Source: a virus (taxonomy: Duplodnaviria > Caudoviricetes). From it: 39,264 bases of DNA. The translations under genes and the position numbers were made by a program. Location of the stretch: the IMG/VR virus record IMGVR_UViG_3300005731_000047, positions 1-39,264 of that record, one strand, 5' to 3'. The notes under the pieces were generated by a model. That model worked only from the letters and a program-made list of their open reading frames with translations. It did no database searches and was not told where the DNA came from. Below, piece by piece: positions 16,517 through 25,121 of this stretch; position 1 is the stretch's first letter, and every line of letters begins with the position of its first letter.

Positions 16517-16869
16517 ATATTCTTAAAAAACTAAAATCGCTAGACCTATTCAACACGCAGAAAGTTGCTCAGCTAGAAAAGGAGCTATCCAATGCCTTAA
16601 TGCGAACGCACTTCGATCAGGTAGCAACGAACTTCACGCTAACCCGCCTACCTGCCGATGTCTACGGGCAGATCGTGGAGGATATGAAGCCTTACGTCGT
16701 CCCTGAATTTCATAAATACTTGGAGGCAGTCACTCGGGAAGTTGATCGCCGATCTCCCTACGCTTTTGTGGCTGCCGCGCAATACGTCACTGCCGACGTA
16801 GTACGTCTGCGGGTCGAACTGCCAAGCGTCACCACTCACGTTGACATATCAGGAGACTTTTTCCGATGA
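16513..16869 (+). CDS. Hypothetical protein
   Basis: Starts in the boundary repeat; overlaps the next gene. Confidence 0.65.
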   Translation: MNILKKLKSLDLFNTQKVAQLEKELSNALMRTHFDQVATNFTLTRLPADVYGQIVEDMKPYVVPEFHKYLEAVTREVDRRSPYAFVAAAQYVTADVVRLRVELPSVTTHVDISGDFFR

Positions 16870-17429
16870 CCAATGACAAAAGCGAAGCGCCGGAGCGGAA
16901 CCCTGACAAGATTGATGAACTACGTTTTAAGGCGTTTAAAACGAACGACCGAGAAGATGTGGAGCGTTATTATAAGGCCGCTTCAGCGTATTTTCAGGAT
17001 CGCCACATTCGGGCAATGGAAAGAGAAAGCGCCGACCTAGCCCAGCCTATGTGCGCAGCGGTGAAGCCGTTGGTTTTTGAGGTGTTTGACAAGTGGACAT
17101 GCTGGGCTGAAACCGGAATGGGAAATTATAGCATTCGAACTAGGGATGACGGCGCGGTAATTTTGGAATTTCGCGGTGAAACTATTCGATATTTTGATGA
17201 GGATAATAAAGATTGGGGTGGGTGGCCGTCCATTGAGGCAGCGCAGCGAGGGGCCAACAATCACTACACCCGCCGCATCAACGAGGCACTGGACATGAAG
17301 ACCGTGGCGGAAGTGCGGGAAGAATGTGTTCAACGGGTGGCGGACTGGTTTGATCAATTTACAGCAGGAGAAGTGATGACCTGTGATTTCGAAGATTTAG
17401 CCCAAGCAATCCGAGAGGGAAAGACGTGA
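16866..17429 (+). CDS. Hypothetical protein, paralogue of 17862..18344
   Basis: Shares DKSE.PER, QPMCAAVKPL and HYTRRI.EALDMK blocks. Confidence 0.75.
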   Translation: MTNDKSEAPERNPDKIDELRFKAFKTNDREDVERYYKAASAYFQDRHIRAMERESADLAQPMCAAVKPLVFEVFDKWTCWAETGMGNYSIRTRDDGAVILEFRGETIRYFDEDNKDWGGWPSIEAAQRGANNHYTRRINEALDMKTVAEVREECVQRVADWFDQFTAGEVMTCDFEDLAQAIREGKT

Positions 17430-17647
17430 TGGAATACGATGTGAAACTAGACGCCAATCGACACTTACCTCAAGCAATCATGCGGAAAGTAATGCGCGAG
17501 GGTGTAACACCTCAGACCCTTCCAGACCTGCTCATCCCGACTATTATTGCCGGTAAATCAATTGGGATGGGGTTCGAAGAATTCTGTTCAGCCGCTCAAT
17601 CTGTGTGGGAGTACCTACCCACCACACCAACAGACGAAAAGGAGTGA
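17426..17647 (+). CDS. Hypothetical protein
   Basis: Ends with the same PT.PTDEKE tail as the DUF551 gene. Confidence 0.6.
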   Translation: MMEYDVKLDANRHLPQAIMRKVMREGVTPQTLPDLLIPTIIAGKSIGMGFEEFCSAAQSVWEYLPTTPTDEKE

Positions 17648-17652
17648 TAGGG

Positions 17653-17865
17653 ATGACTAGTGGATACGCGCCCGCATGGAGACGATTTTTACACAATTGG
17701 GCACCGTGGCTGTTTTGGAAATGCCCTGACGGAAACTTTCATTGGCGGTGGGATAACCGCGTTTGCTACTGCCGGATGGGTGGACATTGCGGCGATTGGC
17801 ACGGCGGCGTTTGGGTGGACGGTAAAGAGTATCACCCGCACAAAGAAAAAGGACCAAACCAATGA
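17653..17865 (+). CDS. Trp/Cys/His-rich small protein
   Basis: ATG within the boundary repeat; MTSGYAPAW...CYCRMGGHC. Confidence 0.55.
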   Translation: MTSGYAPAWRRFLHNWAPWLFWKCPDGNFHWRWDNRVCYCRMGGHCGDWHGGVWVDGKEYHPHKEKGPNQ

Positions 17866-18344
17866 CTGACAAAAGCGAAATGCCGGAGCGGATTTGGGCA
17901 ACAGCCCCTTATATCGGTGAATACTTGGCTGATCCACCTGTAGGCCCAATCGACCGCATGTATCTAACCGAGTACATCCGCGCCGCCCTATCCCAGCCTA
18001 TGTGCGCAGCGGTGAAGCCTTTGGAGTGGGAGCGCGAAGAAGATTGGCGGTATATTGGCAGACCACCTGTGAAACTAGGCGGCTACTGCTGTTGGGTGAT
18101 GCTAAATAATGGGGAATGGCGTCATCGGGGAAGGCCAGAGCGGTACGACACCCTAGAAGCCGCCAAAGCCGCCGCCAACACCCACTACACCCGCCGCATC
18201 ACCGAGGCGCTGGACATGAAGGCCGAAGCGGAAGTGCGGGTGACTGTTTGTGACGAAATTCTTGAGCACGTGCAAGACGACGACAGAGGTGTTACGATTG
18301 TTGATGCTGATATTATAGAAGCAATCAGAGAAGGGGAAGAGTGA
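17862..18344 (+). CDS. Hypothetical protein, paralogue of 16866..17429
   Basis: MPERIWA, EYIRA, VKPLEW, TLEAAKAAA motifs typical of alphaproteobacterial phage early genes. Confidence 0.75.
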   Translation: MTDKSEMPERIWATAPYIGEYLADPPVGPIDRMYLTEYIRAALSQPMCAAVKPLEWEREEDWRYIGRPPVKLGGYCCWVMLNNGEWRHRGRPERYDTLEAAKAAANTHYTRRITEALDMKAEAEVRVTVCDEILEHVQDDDRGVTIVDADIIEAIREGEE

Positions 18345-18673
18345 TGACGGGTAAGTTCGAACTATACGCCGACAAAGCTGGAGGGTTTCGCTTTAGGCTT
18401 AAAGCACCCAGCGGTGTTATCATTTTAGCCAGTGAGGTGTTTAAGCGAAAGTCTAGTGTAGAGAACGTTATTGAGAGTGTGCGTAAGAACTCCCAGAACC
18501 TCAGAATGTATGACTTCCGCATCCGTCTTGGCAGGATAAGCTTTAACCTCAAAGCAAAAAACGGGCAGGTTATCGGTACATCTGAAAAGTTCACAAGTGA
18601 GGAAGCACGGGATCACATGGTAGACGTGGTTAGACGTACTGCACCTGATGCAACCCTTGAGGACTTGACATGA
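18341..18673 (+). CDS. YegP/DUF1508-family protein
   Basis: Tandem FRFRLKA..G.IILASE and FNLKAKNGQVIGTSE repeats. Confidence 0.9.
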   Translation: MMTGKFELYADKAGGFRFRLKAPSGVIILASEVFKRKSSVENVIESVRKNSQNLRMYDFRIRLGRISFNLKAKNGQVIGTSEKFTSEEARDHMVDVVRRTAPDATLEDLT

Positions 18674-18713
18674 GAAACACCGCAAACACCCCACCAATAG
18701 AAGGAGGAGAGGC

Positions 18714-18923
18714 GTGATGAACATTGGCAACCAGCACACCCAAGACGGGGTAACGCTGGACGGTGAAGATCAATGGCCACTGTTCTTTCTGTCGTTCGAA
18801 TACGAAGGGCGCAAATATGCGCTGGACTTCTTTGCCCCAAACCAAAGCCACGCAGAGAAGATGGTGGACGCAATGAAATCCACCGCAACCTTCTCTGGAA
18901 AATTGGCGCAGCAACAACCCTAA
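18714..18923 (+). CDS. Hypothetical protein
   Basis: AGGAGG RBS upstream. Confidence 0.65.
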   Translation: MMNIGNQHTQDGVTLDGEDQWPLFFLSFEYEGRKYALDFFAPNQSHAEKMVDAMKSTATFSGKLAQQQP

Positions 18924-18941
18924 AGCAACCCAAGGAGAGAG

Positions 18942-19160
18942 GTGATGATCTGCAAAAGCCACAAATGCCGTAAAGACTTCACGCCAACAAACCACCGCGC
19001 CAGGTTCTGCTCAAAGTCCTGCAAAATCTCCCATGCCGATTGGGTAAAAACACGAGGGGGCGTTATTGTAAACCTCATGCTGTCAAATCCACCGGACCTT
19101 AAAGAGCAGCTAATGGAAAAACGTGATGCCTTGCTAAAAGAATTTAACAATACCCCTTGA
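18942..19160 (+). CDS. Zn-ribbon small protein
   Basis: CxxxxC..DFTP....ARFCSKSC. Confidence 0.7.
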   Translation: MMICKSHKCRKDFTPTNHRARFCSKSCKISHADWVKTRGGVIVNLMLSNPPDLKEQLMEKRDALLKEFNNTP

Positions 19161-19186
19161 TAATATGTTTGGGCGTGTTATATAGG
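19157..19186 (+). promoter_or_regulatory. Putative promoter TTGATA...TATATA/TATAGG
   Basis: -35-like hexamer at 19157, -10 candidates at 16-18 bp spacing, followed by AGGAGG. Confidence 0.45.
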
Positions 19187-19205
19187 GTTTAGGAGGAAAG
19201 AAATC

Positions 19206-19307
19206 ATGAAAAACGTTGATCTAACCGTATTTGCCGAGGCTGCAGGAATCGTCGCCTTTGCTGTAGTCTGCTTCTACGCAGTTCCTATCATTGGGGGGCT
19301 GGTGTAA
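19206..19307 (+). CDS. 33-aa membrane peptide
   Basis: AGGAGG RBS; MKNVDLTVFAEAAGIVAFAVVCFYAVPIIGGLV; stop overlaps next ATG. Confidence 0.65.
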   Translation: MKNVDLTVFAEAAGIVAFAVVCFYAVPIIGGLV

Positions 19308-19528
19308 TGTCGTATCGAACCCTGCACGCCCGCTATACAAGCGAAGAGAGTGAGATTGACGTTAAGTTTTCACAGACTTTCGTTTATGACCGCGACTTTA
19401 TCGAAGCCGTTGATAGCCAAGAGATTTACGAGCTTTACATCTGCGGGGTTGAGGTTAATGAATCTAACCTGCCGGAGAATTTAGTGAAGGCGATTCACGA
19501 TCTATCTGCGGGCCTTGATTGGGAATAA
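19307..19528 (+). CDS. Acidic hypothetical protein
   Basis: Coupled ORF. Confidence 0.65.
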   Translation: MSYRTLHARYTSEESEIDVKFSQTFVYDRDFIEAVDSQEIYELYICGVEVNESNLPENLVKAIHDLSAGLDWE

Positions 19529-19529
19529 C

Positions 19530-19546
19530 CGCGACAACACGCCACA
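19530..19546. promoter_or_regulatory. 17-bp box CGCGACA-ACA-CGCCACA upstream of the ERF gene
   Basis: Followed directly by TAGAAT-N17-TATGTG. Confidence 0.5.
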
Positions 19547-19595
19547 TAGAATCCCCTCGCATTAAAGGGTATGTGTGGGGCAAAGGAGAATGATA

Positions 19596-20411
19596 ATGGG
19601 TAATGTTGCGAAAATAGAACATGAGGAAGTCGTTACTACAATCGATCCCATGATTAGCATGATTGAGCGAGTGGCGGTAAATCCCGACGCAAACGTAGAA
19701 ACTCTAGCGCGAATGCTTGATATGAAGGCTCAAATAGACGCACAAAACGCAAAGGCTGCGTTTGACGGCGCGTTCGCTTCAGCGTCTTCGGAGTTCCCGA
19801 ATATCCCGCAGAACGGGAGGAACACACATAACGGGCAAAGCTACTCAACACTAAAGGATATATTGACGGTTCGCTCTGTGCTTGCCAATTATGGCCTAGC
19901 GCTATCTTTCGGGACGGTAGAGAGCGCAGGCGGTCTAACTGTAACCGCAAAACTTTCGCACATATCTGGTCATACTGAGGTTAACAGTATAACCTTGCCG
20001 CTTGATGACGGCCCTGGGCGCAATAAAGTGCAATCAATCGGCTCTTCGCAGACATACGGTCAACGCTACACAGCGCAAGCTATTCTAGGCTTATCTCTTG
20101 GGGAAGATGTGGAGGATGATGGTAGAGGTACTGGTAAAATTCAGGAAGAGCCACCACGGAAGAAAGGGCCAACATGGGCGCAAACCATTACTCAGGATTT
20201 ACCAGAAAACGCAAGCCCTAGAGATAATGCAGAGGCCATAGCAATAGCACTATGCAATCAATGGAAGCGCATGAAGGGCGTTAAGCAGTTATTCCTTGAG
20301 TGGGATAGGCGCGTTGAACTTATCGAAGGTCTTGAAAGCAAACATCCAGACTTGCACGAACAAGTAATTGATGGATACGAAATCCGAATGAACGAATTGC
20401 AGGAGAAGTAA
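19596..20411 (+). CDS. erf: ERF-family ssDNA-annealing recombinase
   Basis: LSHISGH..., QSIGSSQTYGQRYTAQAILGL...EDDG signature. Confidence 0.9.
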   Translation: MGNVAKIEHEEVVTTIDPMISMIERVAVNPDANVETLARMLDMKAQIDAQNAKAAFDGAFASASSEFPNIPQNGRNTHNGQSYSTLKDILTVRSVLANYGLALSFGTVESAGGLTVTAKLSHISGHTEVNSITLPLDDGPGRNKVQSIGSSQTYGQRYTAQAILGLSLGEDVEDDGRGTGKIQEEPPRKKGPTWAQTITQDLPENASPRDNAEAIAIALCNQWKRMKGVKQLFLEWDRRVELIEGLESKHPDLHEQVIDGYEIRMNELQEK

Positions 20412-20849
20412 ATGGCGGGATCGGTCAACAAAGTAATCATCATTGGCAACTTAGGGCGAGACCCAGAGGTGCGGAGCTTCCAGAATGGCGGCAAGGTGTG
20501 TAACCTTCGCGTTGCTTGCTCTGAAACATGGAAGGACAAGAGCACAGGTGAGAAAAAGGAGCGCACGGAATGGGTAAGCGTTGCCATCTTCTCAGATGGG
20601 CTTGTACGCGTTGCTGAACAGTATCTGCGAAAGGGTTCCAAGGTTTACATCGAAGGCAAATTGCAAACCCGCAAATGGCAGGACCAATCCGGCGCGGACC
20701 GATACAGCACAGAAGTAGTCTTGCAGGGCTTTGACGCCACGCTGATTATGCTTGATGGTCGTGGCGGTGACTCTGGCGGTCATGGTGGATATAGCCAAGA
20801 TCAACAAAACCCACCATCCCGCGACCTAGATGATGAAATTCCGTTTTAG
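20412..20849 (+). CDS. ssb: Single-stranded DNA-binding protein
   Basis: [44 protein letters not shown]. Confidence 0.97.
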   Translation: MAGSVNKVIIIGNLGRDPEVRSFQNGGKVCNLRVACSETWKDKSTGEKKERTEWVSVAIFSDGLVRVAEQYLRKGSKVYIEGKLQTRKWQDQSGADRYSTEVVLQGFDATLIMLDGRGGDSGGHGGYSQDQQNPPSRDLDDEIPF

Positions 20850-20863
20850 ATCAAGGGGTTAAC

Positions 20864-21043
20864 GTGACCAAAGCTGAAATCATAAACACCTATAACGAGG
20901 TGGTCGAAGAGTGGGGCAAGCTTTTCGGTGATGTGGACTATAAGGAGGCGGCTATTTTCACTGCCGACTCCTTGGGGGTTCCGTATCAGGTGGTTAAAGA
21001 AGCCATTATTGAGGGCAGCGTTAAGTTCTTGGGGGCAGGGTAG
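20864..21043 (+). CDS. 59-aa hypothetical protein
   Basis: GTG start; fills the gap, and its stop overlaps the next GTG. Confidence 0.55.
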   Translation: MTKAEIINTYNEVVEEWGKLFGDVDYKEAAIFTADSLGVPYQVVKEAIIEGSVKFLGAG

Positions 21044-21486
21044 TGCCAAGGCGAGTCTGCAAATCACGCGATGACCTGCTAATGTGGTGTCGATACCTTG
21101 AGGGGATTAACGCAGATTTTCCCCTCACGGTATCCTGGACAAAGGGCGCTGATAGATCAAAAGATCAAAACGCTTTGGCGTTCAAGTGGTACAGGGAAAT
21201 AGCCGACCAAATGGGTGACCGTGAGCCGCACGAAGTACGCTCTCACTGCAAGCTAAATCACGGCGTTAAAATGCTTGTGACAGAAGACGAAGAATTTAGG
21301 GCTAAGTGGTACGCAATGATCAAGGACCGCTTTAGCTATGAGGAAAAATTAGCGCTTATGGTTGAGCCGTTTGATATGCCAGTTACAAGGCTGATGAAGG
21401 TTAAACAGATGTCGCGCTTCCTTGATGCAATTTACAATGAGTTTAGCACTCTGGGGGTTAGGCTAACTTTACCGGAGGTAATATGA
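21043..21486 (+). CDS. NinB/YbcN-like recombination protein
   Basis: RSKDQNAL..KWY.EIA, CKL..GV, VTRLM..KQMSRFLD. Confidence 0.75.
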   Translation: MPRRVCKSRDDLLMWCRYLEGINADFPLTVSWTKGADRSKDQNALAFKWYREIADQMGDREPHEVRSHCKLNHGVKMLVTEDEEFRAKWYAMIKDRFSYEEKLALMVEPFDMPVTRLMKVKQMSRFLDAIYNEFSTLGVRLTLPEVI

Positions 21487-21701
21487 TGGACTGGCAACCG
21501 ATAGAGACCGCGCCGAAGGATGGGACAAGAGTTCTTCTATACTGCGCGAAAGCAAGCACCCAGACGAAGTGGCGACAGGGAATGCAGGCGGTAGATTACT
21601 GGCGCACACGTGAAAACGCCGGTTTTGAGGGGTGGGGAAAGTTTAATAAGTCTCACTTCCCAGCAACCCACTGGATGCCACTACCCGAACCACCAGAATG
21701 A
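21483..21701 (+). CDS. DUF551-family protein
   Basis: WQPIETAPKDG...THWMPLPEPP. Confidence 0.85.
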   Translation: MMDWQPIETAPKDGTRVLLYCAKASTQTKWRQGMQAVDYWRTRENAGFEGWGKFNKSHFPATHWMPLPEPPE

Positions 21702-22063
21702 AGAGAACACCGCTTAAACGAGGGGGCAAGCCCATGCGTAAGGTCTCGAAAAAGAAGGCCGCGCATAGGGCGTCTAAAGCGGGGAAGGATGGCCTAGACT
21801 ACATGTTGGCGGTTAAGCAGCTTCCCTGTTGCATATGCGGCGCTCCGCCGCCCTCTGAGGCACATCACACAATATGCAGCCGCTTCGGGTCTAGGAAAAC
21901 ATCAGACTTTAACACCATTCCGCTCTGCGCTTATCATCACAGAGTAGGCCCAGACGCAATCCATAACGGAAAAGAATCATGGGTTGAAAAGTACGGCCCA
22001 GATACCGACTATATCGAACGAACAAGAAAGCTAGTAGAGGAACACTATGACAGATTCATATAG
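21698..22063 (+). CDS. DUF968/Ref-like HNH-type nuclease
   Basis: MKRTPLKR, LPCCICG, EAHH, TIPLCAYHH, AIH. Confidence 0.8.
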   Translation: MKRTPLKRGGKPMRKVSKKKAAHRASKAGKDGLDYMLAVKQLPCCICGAPPPSEAHHTICSRFGSRKTSDFNTIPLCAYHHRVGPDAIHNGKESWVEKYGPDTDYIERTRKLVEEHYDRFI

Positions 22064-22289
22064 AGTAATTGCAGACGAATTGCGCCAGTTTATTGAGCGC
22101 TACGAGCGCCTGGAGTTGGATAAGACCGACATTGCCAGCGCTCAGAAAGAGGTGTTGGGAGAGGCCAAATCACGCGGCTATGACGTTCCCACGATAAAGA
22201 AGATTATTGCAGAGCGCAAAAAGGCCGCCGATAAACGCGCAGAAGAGGCAGCAGTGTTTGAAATGTATGCCGAGGCTATAGGACTGTGA
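22047..22289 (+). CDS. gapR: GapR/DUF2312 nucleoid-associated protein homologue
   Basis: DELRQFIERYERLE.DK, EAKSRGYD...KKIIAERK, EEAAV.EMY.EAIGL. Confidence 0.9.
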   Translation: MTDSYRVIADELRQFIERYERLELDKTDIASAQKEVLGEAKSRGYDVPTIKKIIAERKKAADKRAEEAAVFEMYAEAIGL

Positions 22290-22329
22290 CATCCTGCCAC
22301 ATTGCAAATATTCCACTGGATAGTAGGTT
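22285..22329 (+). promoter_or_regulatory. Box TGTGACA-TCC-TGCCACA abutting promoter TTGCAA-N16-TAGGTT
   Basis: Box at 22285-22301, -35 at 22302-22307, AGGAGG RBS downstream. Confidence 0.6.
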
Positions 22330-22350
22330 TGCTATATAGGAGGAAACATC

Positions 22351-22638
22351 ATGGCATTAGAGGAATACACACCACCACTTGAGGAGCGTATCAAGGACAG
22401 TCTTGCGGATAGGGTAATGTTAAACATTGCCAAAGACGCTTGGTCTGTCATTCCGCACACATCGGCGCGTTCGCGTAAAGGGTGCGATGCGCCTGCCGTT
22501 CGAGTGGCTGAGAAAATGCATCAGTTGGAAATGATCGGCTTGATTGGGTTGCGCCTTTCCCAGCAAGGGCAAATCAAGGAGGCGTGGTTAACAGATCGCG
22601 GCTGGCAAGAGGTGGGCGATAAGCCTATTTGGATATGA
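22351..22638 (+). CDS. Hypothetical protein (possible winged-helix)
   Basis: AGGAGG RBS; LEMIGLI...WLTDRG pattern. Confidence 0.65.
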   Translation: MALEEYTPPLEERIKDSLADRVMLNIAKDAWSVIPHTSARSRKGCDAPAVRVAEKMHQLEMIGLIGLRLSQQGQIKEAWLTDRGWQEVGDKPIWI

Positions 22639-22733
22639 GATACTTTCTTGGCATAGCGTTTATTGCTACACTATGGTCAGCAGTTTGGATGGCGTGCATT
22701 CTAAAGCTGTTTGAGATTTGGGGGATGATGTGA
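22635..22733 (+). CDS. 32-aa membrane peptide
   Basis: ATGA overlap; MRYFLGIAFIATLWSAVWMACILKLFEIWGMM. Confidence 0.5.
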   Translation: MRYFLGIAFIATLWSAVWMACILKLFEIWGMM

Positions 22734-22918
22734 TCGTAACAGTTAAAACAGGCCCACACAGCCAAGCCCAAGGCCCCATTGTAGGCGAAACCATTACCCT
22801 ATATGGTAGGCAAGAGGGGATTGACGGGTGGAAGTGGCGCACAACGAGAATGTGGGCCGATACTCATGAGGTAACGATTCCAAAAGAATGGATTAAGGAA
22901 ATTGACGAGCGAAATTAA
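22730..22918 (+). CDS. Hypothetical protein
   Basis: GTGA-coupled ORF. Confidence 0.6.
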   Translation: MIVTVKTGPHSQAQGPIVGETITLYGRQEGIDGWKWRTTRMWADTHEVTIPKEWIKEIDERN

Positions 22919-23414
22919 GCTTCCATGGCCCCCTAAGTGCCTACACCCAAACAGCCGCAAGGATCGACGTTATTCAGGGGCTGAGCGAAGGGCGTATAAA
23001 GAGGCATGGTGGGCGCTCACAAAGGCCAGAAGGGACCGTAAGCGCACAAACCACCTACACATGCGGTTTTGCCCGCCAGACGGGCGGAAAAGAGACCTAG
23101 ACAACATGCTAGGGGCTGTGAAGTACGGAATTGACGGATTAGCTAACGCTCTAGGCGTTGATGATTATCATTTTAGCTTTACCATCGTGCGGGATGAGCC
23201 GGAAAGGCCGGATGGCGCGGTTTATGTTTCGTTCTTAGATGAAGAACATAGCGACGCAGAATCCCGCCTTAAACTAGCCATCAACCTGCTCACATACGCC
23301 AGAGCAAACGTCCCTGCTGATAGTGAGTGCCATGATGCGCTGAGGGGGTTTCTAGATCAGTACGCCGATATTTATCTTGAATCGGATAGCGTACAGGCAT
23401 TAGAAAAAGAATAG
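22902..23414 (+). CDS. rusA: RusA-like Holliday junction resolvase with C-terminal extension
   Basis: LPWPP..L.PN, FCPPDGRKRDLDNM...K...DG.A.ALGVDD. Confidence 0.82.
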   Translation: MTSEIKLPWPPKCLHPNSRKDRRYSGAERRAYKEAWWALTKARRDRKRTNHLHMRFCPPDGRKRDLDNMLGAVKYGIDGLANALGVDDYHFSFTIVRDEPERPDGAVYVSFLDEEHSDAESRLKLAINLLTYARANVPADSECHDALRGFLDQYADIYLESDSVQALEKE

Positions 23415-23442
23415 GGCCGACTTTCCTCCTCCACGGCCCTTA

Positions 23443-23482
23443 GCCCGACGTAGTTGATTAAGTTCCTGCGTCGGGCGCTTTA
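23443..23482. terminator. Hairpin at the convergence of the early and late arms
   Basis: GCCCGACG(23443-50)/CGTCGGGC(23469-76) followed by a T-rich tract. Confidence 0.65.
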
Positions 23483-23704
23483 TTTCCCACCATCAGCAGC
23501 TTCTAAAATATCAAAGAGAAACGCCCACGCTTGAGGCTCTCTGAAGGTAATCCCATCAACCTCAATTTGCGTCTTACCTTTCAGTAGCTGGGCAAGGATA
23601 AGCATAGCCACTGAAAGCTGTTCTTTCTTCTGGCTATACTCTTTGCGTGGCTTTCCGCCGTCGTATACTGTGACGGTTTCGAATTGTCTGCCGAAGTGGA
23701 TCAA
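23480..23704 (-). CDS. Hypothetical protein
   Basis: Coupled to the upstream gene. Confidence 0.55.
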   Translation of the reverse strand: MIHFGRQFETVTVYDGGKPRKEYSQKKEQLSVAMLILAQLLKGKTQIEVDGITFREPQAWAFLFDILEAADGGK

Positions 23705-24837
23705 TGGATTCCCACCGTATTTCTAACAACCTCACCGCGCTCCCTGTGTACCGTAATGGCCTTCATGGTTTGGCGTGCGATATAGCCGGAACCCGCAGCG
23801 TGGGCGTCCTTAGCCGCAATTGTTCTGTGACTCTCCCAGCTTACCCCGCCAATCTCTTTGCCGCTATCGTGGTGAATGTGGCCAGTGTCAAGGTAACGCC
23901 AATGAGTGCGCCCCCATAGCTCTGAATAGGCATCTGCGATCTGAAACACTAAACGCTCCGGCTTTGTTTTATCGCCGTGGTGCAGGCAGAGAAGGTTGCG
24001 GCCGAACTGTCTGGCGTAGAGTTTCGCGGGGTTCCAGATAATACTAACAGCCGGATCATTTTCGTATCGCATCATTAGGGCGATGGTTAGCCAATGGTTT
24101 TGGTCTGGATCGTGATTCCCGTTTACAGCCACATACTTTACCCTGCGGTGTTTTTTCTTGGCCGCTTCGATGCAGTAAATGAATGCCTTGGTTGTCTCTA
24201 TGGCAATCTTAGCAAATCGCCCATCCATATCTAGGATATGTCCATGCCCTGGCGTCATGTTTTTCTGATCGTTTGCGTGGAATGCGTCACCTAAGTTGCA
24301 AATAAGCCCCGTATCTGATGATGGGGCGGATTGTACTAGCATATCCATGCTGCTATGAAGTCGATCAGCGGCAATCTTTAAGTCATAGTCTGCGCCACTT
24401 TCCTTCGCCCACGCCATCATGCCGAAATGCAAATCAGTTAGCAGGTAGCGCGTTAGAAGGTCTGTATCTACTAAAGGCTCTTTTTTGCGCGGGGTTGATT
24501 TTTCAACGTCCCCAAAAGCCTCTTTGACCTGATCAACGTATTCCTCAAAGGTTTGTCGCGTGGCGTCCTCTTTGGGGAGTTGCCAATAAACATTGCCGAT
24601 CTTTTCGCCATTTTCGTCAAATTCGGTTCGCCATCCTGAGTGGCCCACCAACGCGTCAAGACCGGTGTTGTTTAGTGAAGATTGCACACCGGACGGAACG
24701 TCATTCCACTTTTGGGCGCGCTTGATTAGCGCTGAGACGGTCGATCTAGCCTTGCCAAGTCGATCCGCAACAGCCTGTTTCGTGCCAAGCTCTTGGAATA
24801 AATCCCAAGCCTCTTGCTGATCCGGTGTAATGCCCAT
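23701..24837 (-). CDS. HTH plus calcineurin-like metallophosphoesterase
   Basis: N-terminal HTH; DLHFG, GDAFH, GNHD, HHGD, GHIHH motifs. Confidence 0.85.
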   Translation of the reverse strand: MGITPDQQEAWDLFQELGTKQAVADRLGKARSTVSALIKRAQKWNDVPSGVQSSLNNTGLDALVGHSGWRTEFDENGEKIGNVYWQLPKEDATRQTFEEYVDQVKEAFGDVEKSTPRKKEPLVDTDLLTRYLLTDLHFGMMAWAKESGADYDLKIAADRLHSSMDMLVQSAPSSDTGLICNLGDAFHANDQKNMTPGHGHILDMDGRFAKIAIETTKAFIYCIEAAKKKHRRVKYVAVNGNHDPDQNHWLTIALMMRYENDPAVSIIWNPAKLYARQFGRNLLCLHHGDKTKPERLVFQIADAYSELWGRTHWRYLDTGHIHHDSGKEIGGVSWESHRTIAAKDAHAAGSGYIARQTMKAITVHRERGEVVRNTVGIH

Positions 24838-25121
24838 TATTCCCTCCGCTTTACATGCTCTGAATAAATCTTGCCCGAGTCTAGGCCGCGCTGCTTATCG
24901 GCCTCCATATAGCCTAGAATAAGGTTGTGTTGCTCTTCGATAACGTCGGTTAGGGTTTCAATTAGCCGTTCCCGCTCTTTCAATGTGTCGTTGAGGATGT
25001 GAACGTGTCTCGCGTCTCCCTCTAGTGACACGCAAAACTCCCTAAACTCATCGCAACTTTTTAGAACGCGGTCAACAGGTAGGCCTTTGCGCATTCTTCG
25101 GATAAACTCTTTTGCGTTCAT
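24837..25121 (-). CDS. Hypothetical coiled-coil protein
   Basis: ATG 25121 overlaps the upstream stop. Confidence 0.6.
   Translation of the reverse strand: MNAKEFIRRMRKGLPVDRVLKSCDEFREFCVSLEGDARHVHILNDTLKERERLIETLTDVIEEQHNLILGYMEADKQRGLDSGKIYSEHVKRRE

Noticed and set aside
16475-18240. CRISPR array or DGR template/variable repeats
   Set aside because: Repeats are coding and irregularly spaced, mismatches are not clearly adenine-specific, and no reverse transcriptase or cas gene is present
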